A stretch of DNA of 20,000 nucleotides. It comes from an uncultured virus (IMG/VR IMGVR_UViG_3300029951_000019) (Duplodnaviria; Heunggongvirae; Uroviricota; Caudoviricetes). The translations under genes were made by a program, and so were the position numbers. Of the stretch, positions 14,596 through 20,000 are shown piece after piece. Each line of letters begins with the position of its first letter. Position 1 is the first letter of the stretch. Below the pieces are notes generated by a model. That model saw only the letters and a program-made list of their open reading frames with translations. It was not told where the DNA came from and made no database searches. Where the stretch lies: IMG/VR virus record IMGVR_UViG_3300029951_000019; one strand, given 5' to 3'.

Positions 14596-17500
14596 GTGGG
14601 CGATTCCCTGATCCCCCCGATCATGATCGAGCTGGGCGGCACGGCGGCCGACGCCATCAAGGCCATCGCCAGCACCGTCGCAGCGTTCGAGGACCTCACC
14701 GAGGCCGCTGCGGCGATGGGCGATGCCGTCGACGAGGTCTTCGCGTCCCTCGACGCGGGCGTCGAAAGCTTCACGGCCATCAAGACTGCGGCGAAGTCCG
14801 CAAGCACCTCCATGCGGTCGATGGCCAAGTCCACGGCCTCTGTCTCCGCTGCCGCCGATGATGCCGCTGAGGCGATCGACACGGGTTTCGCTGCGATGGC
14901 CGAGGCGTCGGCGTCGATGGCGGAGGCCGTCAAGGCTGCCTCCGTCGAGGCGTCCGAGGGCCTGTCCGCGATGGGTGAGGAAGCCAAGGCTGCAGGCCTG
15001 TCCATGGGCGCCATGGGCGAGGACATCGTCGCGTCGATGCGCGAGGCCGCTGCTGCGATCGCCGAGGCCGCCGGTGAGATCAAGGCCGCTGCGGTGGAGA
15101 TGGGCGAGTCCGTCGAGGCTTCGTCCGCGGAGGCGGGTGAGGCGACCGAAGGGCTCGGGTCCAAGTTCCTGGGCCTGGGTGAGATGTCGGGCCTGCTCAA
15201 GGCTGCGGTGCCGCTGTCGATCGCGGCGATCGGCTACGAGTCGGTCAAGGCCGCGACGACGTTCCAGTCGAGCACGACGCGGCTGGTCACCTCCGCCGGG
15301 GAGATCTCCTCGAACCTGGGGGTGGTCCGCTCGGGGATGCTGAGCATGGCCGGGCAGGTCGGCGTGTCTGCGGACGACCTGTCGCAGGCCATGTACTACG
15401 TCGAGGCCGCCGGTTTCCACGCCGCGGACGGCCTGACGGTCCTCAAAGCGGCTGCGCAGGGCGCGGCGGCGGAGGGCGCGGACACCACGACCGTTGCGCA
15501 GGCGCTGACGGACGTCCTCGTCGACTACCACAAGCCCGCGCAGGACGCCGCGACCGTGACGTCGGAGATGATCGCGGCTGTTGCGGGCGGCAAGACGAAC
15601 CTGCAGGACTTCTCGGGGGCGTTCGCGAGCATCGTGCCTGCGGCGTCGGCGGCGGGGATCTCCTTCGCGGACGTGGCGGCTGCGCTGGCGGAGATGACCA
15701 ACCACGGCTTCCCTGCCGCCCGGGCCTCCCAGAACCTGGCCCAGGCGCTGCGTTCGCTGCTGACTCCGACGGCGGTCATGCAGGGCGCGTTCACGAAGTA
15801 CGGGCTGTCCAGTGACGTCCTGAAGGAGAAGCTGGCCGGGCCGAACGGGTTGACGGACGGCATGGAGTACGTGTCGCAGATCGCCTCGAAGTCCGCGAAG
15901 GAGGGCACGCCCGAGTTCGCGAGCATCCTCAAGCAGCTGATGGGTACCGCGCCCGGCGCGAACGCGGCGCTGGCGACGACGGGCGAAAACTTCCAGGCCA
16001 CCGCCAACGGCATCATCGCGGTCAACAAGGCGTCAGCCGATGCGCAGGGCAACGTGCGCGGCTTCGCACTGGTGCAGAAAAACCTGGGCCAGCAGCTCAA
16101 GGACTTGAAGGCCGGTTTCGATGCGCTGCTGATCCGCATCGGCGACGGGCTCATCCCGGTGTTCTCGGAGTTCATCGGCTACGTCATGTCCCACGGGATC
16201 CCGGCGCTCCACACTCTGGGAACGGCCCTGTCGGGTATCGCGTCGGGGTTCTCGGGTGCGGCGGGCAAGGCACCGGCACCGGCGCAGGGCCTCAATGCGC
16301 GGATGCAGGAGGGGGGCGGTGCACTGCCTGCGCCGCCGCCGTTGACGGCGTGGCAGCAGGTCGGGCAGACGTTGAAGACCGTCGCGGACGATGTCGGCAA
16401 GTTTGTGGAGGCCGCGGCCCGTCTCGGGGCGGTGCTGGTGAAGACGGTGGGCCCGGCGCTGGCGACGCTGGTGGGTGGCGCGGTTCTGGGTGCGCTGTCG
16501 ATTTTGGGGTCGATCCTGTCGACGGCGGTGACTCCGGCGTTGAAGGGTCTGGCGGATTTCGCCGAGAAGCACAAGACGATCATGGATTGGATCGTCGGCG
16601 CGTTCCTCGCGCCACTGGCGCTGCGGCTCGCAGCGCTCGCGGTCATCAAGCCGATCATGGCGATCGCGGGGCTCGCGAAGAGCATCATCACGTTCCCGAT
16701 CAACCAGAGCAAGCAGATCGTGACGTCCGTGAAGAGCATGTGGGCGAACCTCTTCGGCGCGGAGGCGACCAAGGACGCCGAGGGCAAGGCCATCCCCGCG
16801 ATCGAAGGGTTCTTCCCCAAGCTGCAGCGGATCTTCAAGAGCGGTTTCGCGAGCATCAAGTCCGGCTGGGCGAAGCTCTTCGGCACGCAGGAAATCAAGG
16901 ACGACGAAGGCAACGTCACCGGCGTAGTGCAGGGCTTCTTCCCCAAGCTGCTCAAGAAGTTCAAGTCCGGGTGGACGTCGCTCGCCGGCGCCGCGAAGAC
17001 CGGGTGGATGAAGGTCTTCGCCACCCAGGACGTCACCGATGAAGAGGGCAACGTCATCGGCCAGATCCAGGGCTTCTTCCCGAAGATCGGGAAGCTGTTC
17101 AAGTCTGGCTTTACGTCCCTGGTCGGCGCTGTGAAGTCCGGCTGGGGAAAGGTCTTCGGCGCGGAGGAGGCCACCGACGAAGAAGGCAACGTCATCCCCG
17201 CGGTCAAGGGCTTCTTCCCGAAGATCCTCGACAAGATGCAGACGGGCTGGGATTCGCTCGTCCAGGGGGCCCAGTCGGGGTGGGCTGCGATCTTCGGCGC
17301 GGAGGCGATGGAGGACGAGGAAGGCAACGCGGTCCCGGCGGTCGAGGGCCTGTTCTCGAAGCTGGGCGGCACCTTCAAGACCGGCTGGTCGACGCTTTCG
17401 GGCGGCGCGAAGACCGCGTGGCAGGGCATCTTGAACATGAAGAACGCCATCACCGGCCTGAAGGACGCCGAGGAACTCGCCGAGGGCGCGACCGAGGGCG

Positions 17501-18375
17501 AAGCAGTTGCGACGGGCGAACTCGACGTCGCGATGGACGCCAACCCCATCGGGCTGATCGTCATCGCGATCGGTTTGCTGGTGATCGCTTTCCTGTATTG
17601 CTGGGACCATTTCAAGGGCTTCCGTGATTTCTGGATCGCCGCCTGGGGCCTGATCCAGGACGCGGCGAAGGAAGCCTGGAAGTTGATCCAGGACGCCTTC
17701 AACGGGATCGCGAAGGCAGCGGAGTGGCTCTGGAACAACGCGATCATGCCAGCGGTCCACGGCATCGAAAACGCGTTCACGTCGCTAGTCCACGGGGCGT
17801 CGCAGGCCTGGTCCGACATCGTCAGCGCGGGCGAGAAAGCCGCGTCGTGGCTGGCCGGGCTGCCGGGCCGGATCCTCGGCTGGTTCAACGACGCCGGGTC
17901 GTGGCTCTACAACGCAGGCGTTTCGATCATCGAGGGCCTGTGGAACGGCATCCAGTCGATGGGCTCGTGGATCGCCGGGGCGATCATGGGGCTGATCAAG
18001 GACGTGGTCCCGGGTCCGGTCCTGAAGATCCTGGGGATCAACTCGCCGTCGAAGGTGTTCCACGAGATCGGCCTCGGCGTGACCGAGGGCCTCGTCAACG
18101 GCCTGATCGCGGGCGGCCCGAGCACGGCAGCCGCCTCCACACAGATGGCGAAGGGCGTCATCGCCGCCGGGTCGCGGGCCATGGCCGGATCCCGGGCCCT
18201 GGCCATGGCCGGCGGTGGCAGCACCGCCGGCGGTGGCAGCGGCACGGTCTACAACGTGACGGTCAACGTCGCGGGCACGGTGACGTCGGAGAAAAACTTG
18301 CGGGATCAGATCCAGAGGCAGTTCTTGCAGCTGGGTATGCGCAACTCTCAGACGTACCAGCCGTACCGGCGCTGA
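14596..18375 (+). CDS. Tape measure protein (1259 aa), TP901-like core
   Basis: Long Ala/Gly-rich helical protein. Hydrophobic segments, ANPIGLIVIAIGLLVIAF..WDHFKGFRDFW, LGINSPSKVF and VYNVTVNVAG. Confidence 0.95.
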   Translation: MGDSLIPPIMIELGGTAADAIKAIASTVAAFEDLTEAAAAMGDAVDEVFASLDAGVESFTAIKTAAKSASTSMRSMAKSTASVSAAADDAAEAIDTGFAAMAEASASMAEAVKAASVEASEGLSAMGEEAKAAGLSMGAMGEDIVASMREAAAAIAEAAGEIKAAAVEMGESVEASSAEAGEATEGLGSKFLGLGEMSGLLKAAVPLSIAAIGYESVKAATTFQSSTTRLVTSAGEISSNLGVVRSGMLSMAGQVGVSADDLSQAMYYVEAAGFHAADGLTVLKAAAQGAAAEGADTTTVAQALTDVLVDYHKPAQDAATVTSEMIAAVAGGKTNLQDFSGAFASIVPAASAAGISFADVAAALAEMTNHGFPAARASQNLAQALRSLLTPTAVMQGAFTKYGLSSDVLKEKLAGPNGLTDGMEYVSQIASKSAKEGTPEFASILKQLMGTAPGANAALATTGENFQATANGIIAVNKASADAQGNVRGFALVQKNLGQQLKDLKAGFDALLIRIGDGLIPVFSEFIGYVMSHGIPALHTLGTALSGIASGFSGAAGKAPAPAQGLNARMQEGGGALPAPPPLTAWQQVGQTLKTVADDVGKFVEAAARLGAVLVKTVGPALATLVGGAVLGALSILGSILSTAVTPALKGLADFAEKHKTIMDWIVGAFLAPLALRLAALAVIKPIMAIAGLAKSIITFPINQSKQIVTSVKSMWANLFGAEATKDAEGKAIPAIEGFFPKLQRIFKSGFASIKSGWAKLFGTQEIKDDEGNVTGVVQGFFPKLLKKFKSGWTSLAGAAKTGWMKVFATQDVTDEEGNVIGQIQGFFPKIGKLFKSGFTSLVGAVKSGWGKVFGAEEATDEEGNVIPAVKGFFPKILDKMQTGWDSLVQGAQSGWAAIFGAEAMEDEEGNAVPAVEGLFSKLGGTFKTGWSTLSGGAKTAWQGILNMKNAITGLKDAEELAEGATEGEAVATGELDVAMDANPIGLIVIAIGLLVIAFLYCWDHFKGFRDFWIAAWGLIQDAAKEAWKLIQDAFNGIAKAAEWLWNNAIMPAVHGIENAFTSLVHGASQAWSDIVSAGEKAASWLAGLPGRILGWFNDAGSWLYNAGVSIIEGLWNGIQSMGSWIAGAIMGLIKDVVPGPVLKILGINSPSKVFHEIGLGVTEGLVNGLIAGGPSTAAASTQMAKGVIAAGSRAMAGSRALAMAGGGSTAGGGSGTVYNVTVNVAGTVTSEKNLRDQIQRQFLQLGMRNSQTYQPYRR
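16741..17418 (+). repeat. Five 42-46-aa tandem repeats within the tape measure protein
   Basis: Trp-anchored units start at 16741, 16867, 17005, 17143 and 17281; consensus W..(L/V/I)FG.....D.EGN.....(V/I).GFFPK....FK(S/T)G(F/W). Confidence 0.9.
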
Positions 18376-18443
18376 CCTGCCCCGGACTGTCCGTCAACTG
18401 AAGACGCAACGGGTGCCGCCGGGCACTGGATCGGTGGTGCCCG

Positions 18444-20000
18444 GTGAGCAATCCGAAGTTGTCCACCTTGTCGGACGCGTTCAACGAGGGCGCGATCAAC
18501 GCCACCGTTTGGTCGAATGTCACGGGCGGCGCGGCCACCTTGGACGGCGTCAACGACTTGGTGGTCCTCGCGCAGCCGACGGTCAACGGCACCGTGAACA
18601 CGTTCGGCAGCAACACGCTGTTCGACGCCACGTCCAGCAGCATCTACGCCGAGGTGACGCCCGTCGCGAACGGCAGCGGCCACACCCAGACCGCGATGGT
18701 GCTGGCGCTGAACACGGGCAACTCGGTTGCGATGCGGCTGTCCTCAGGTGCCTTCCAGCTCGTCCTGACGACGGCCGGGACAGGCGTGACGACAACGCTG
18801 GCGGCCTACGACCCGTCGGCGCACGGCTGGTGGCGGCTGCGCGAGGCGGCGGGCACGTTCTACGCGGATGCCTCGGCGGACGGCTACAACTGGGCGATCC
18901 TGGCGTCGACGACGTATTCGTGGTCGGCGGCCGGGGTGACGGTCGCGTTCCAGGCGTCGGCGTCGGCGACGGAGGTCGCGGGCAACACGGCGGCGCTCTC
19001 GCACGTCAACACGATGGTCGGCGGCCCCATCAACATCAACTGGCCGACGCTGGCGGATGACTGGGCACCGTACTGGAACAGCAACGGCGGCGACGCGCCG
19101 CTCGACAGGTACGTCAGCCTGGCGTCGCGCATCGAGGGGCAGAGCTCCGTCACCCGCGGCAAGCAGTACGAGCTCGACGAATGCAGAAGTGGCGAGGCCG
19201 CGGCGGTGCTCGCCAACACCGACGGCACCCTTGACCCGCTGAACGCGGCGGGCCCGTACTTCGGCCACATCATGCCGTACCAGCCGTGGCGGCGGCGGAT
19301 GATGTGGCCGCCGTGCCGGAACCTGCTGTCGCAGGTCATGGCGACGGGCGGCGACAGCGGCGGCTTCGGTGCGGGCCTGATCCCGCAGGGCCAGGGCGGC
19401 ATCGACGTCTTCAGTGCCACGGACTCCACGGGCGGCAGTATCGTCACCACGGCGTCGGCGTGGCAGGGCTCCAGCGTGTTCCAGTTCGCGGTCCCGTCGG
19501 GCACCGTGGCGCCGACGCGCATCGTGTACTCCCCGCAGGTCGGCGTCGACCTCACGGCGCAGTACGCGTTCCAGGCGCAGGTCCGCAACCTCACCGCCTC
19601 CACAACGCTGCACGTACAGGCGTTTCTGGGCTGGTACACGCCCGGTACGACGTCACCGACGAGCTACACCTACGGCCCGGCAGTGACCCTGACGGGCAGC
19701 ACCACCGCAGCATGGTCGCAGGTCACCGTGACCGCGACACCGCCGTCGACGGCCGCGGGCATGGCGTACGGCGTCGCGGTGCAGACCACGGCGGCGGCGA
19801 CGTGCACTATCCACGTCGACGGCATGCAGCTCGAGGAAGCCGCGACACCGTCGTCGTGGGCGTGTCCGGGTGTCTGGTACGGCGTGTGGGCGGGCGGCAC
19901 CGAGAACTGGCCGGCGTCGTGGGACATGGGCGGCGTCTACGGCCTGGTGTCGGCGAGCGGCGTCGACATCATGGGCGCCCTGTCGCAGGTCACACTGACT
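18444..20000 (+). CDS. Minor tail / tail-tip (hub-like) protein with an N-terminal lectin-like domain and an inserted CBM-like domain (3'-truncated; absent from the ORF track)
   Basis: GTG 18444; frame +3 is open to the window end. It reads MSNPKLSTLSDAF..YDPSAHGWWRLREAAG..SADGYNW, then TRGKQYELD..G..LANTDGTLDPLN..GPY, then WSQVTVTATPP..VDGMQLEEAATPSSW. Confidence 0.82.
   Translation, partial: MSNPKLSTLSDAFNEGAINATVWSNVTGGAATLDGVNDLVVLAQPTVNGTVNTFGSNTLFDATSSSIYAEVTPVANGSGHTQTAMVLALNTGNSVAMRLSSGAFQLVLTTAGTGVTTTLAAYDPSAHGWWRLREAAGTFYADASADGYNWAILASTTYSWSAAGVTVAFQASASATEVAGNTAALSHVNTMVGGPININWPTLADDWAPYWNSNGGDAPLDRYVSLASRIEGQSSVTRGKQYELDECRSGEAAAVLANTDGTLDPLNAAGPYFGHIMPYQPWRRRMMWPPCRNLLSQVMATGGDSGGFGAGLIPQGQGGIDVFSATDSTGGSIVTTASAWQGSSVFQFAVPSGTVAPTRIVYSPQVGVDLTAQYAFQAQVRNLTASTTLHVQAFLGWYTPGTTSPTSYTYGPAVTLTGSTTAAWSQVTVTATPPSTAAGMAYGVAVQTTAAATCTIHVDGMQLEEAATPSSWACPGVWYGVWAGGTENWPASWDMGGVYGLVSASGVDIMGALSQVTLT

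Larger units (their letters stand above)
1..20000 (+). mobile_element. Siphovirus-type phage/prophage structural gene module, actinobacterial host
   Basis: TerL-portal-MuF-protease-capsid-neck-tail tube-chaperone-TMP synteny; very high GC; no sheath gene. Confidence 0.93.

Noticed and set aside
14394..17888. Several long minus-strand ORFs (268-575 aa) opposite the tape measure gene, and similar ones opposite portal and MuF
   Set aside because: Typical stop-poor antisense frames of high-GC genes; no motifs or SD sites.
18168..18243. Short direct repeats (GGCCATGGCCGG, GCCGGCGGTGGCAGC)
   Set aside because: Low-complexity Gly/Ala/Ser linker near the tape measure C-terminus.
1..20000. Contractile injection system, tailocin or gene transfer agent interpretation
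   Set aside because: Terminase, portal and capsid genes are present and no sheath or baseplate wedge genes are seen. Homing elements and morons fit an ordinary siphophage. A GTA cannot be formally excluded without flanking sequence.

Overview
High-GC, actinobacterial-type (Streptomycetaceae-like, by inference) siphophage or prophage virion morphogenesis module, mostly on the + strand. Gene order: end of an intein-containing terminase large subunit, portal, micro-ORF, [antisense SHOCT gene], beta-rich fibre-like gene, 2H-phosphoesterase/MuF fusion, two small genes, protease/scaffold polyprotein, [antisense HNH], major capsid, small gene, head-tail connector, very basic NUMOD3-like protein, tail terminator, small gene, tail tube, tail assembly chaperone with a -1 frameshift, HK97-gp10-like gene, tape measure, and a lectin/CBM-decorated tail-tip protein that runs off the end. 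No integrase, att site, tRNA or CRISPR array was seen. Most notable: (1) the TerL intein's HNH endonuclease is encoded in a different, overlapping frame from the splicing domain; (2) a MuF head protein carries an N-terminal 2H (Acb1/LigT-like) phosphoesterase, a candidate virion-delivered anti-defence enzyme; (3) a nuclease-free, protamine-like NUMOD3 protein sits in the neck module; (4) a candidate RNA pseudoknot lies before the chaperone gene; (5) the scaffold contains a 9-Cys metallothionein-like cluster. All family calls come from motif recognition by eye, not database searches.
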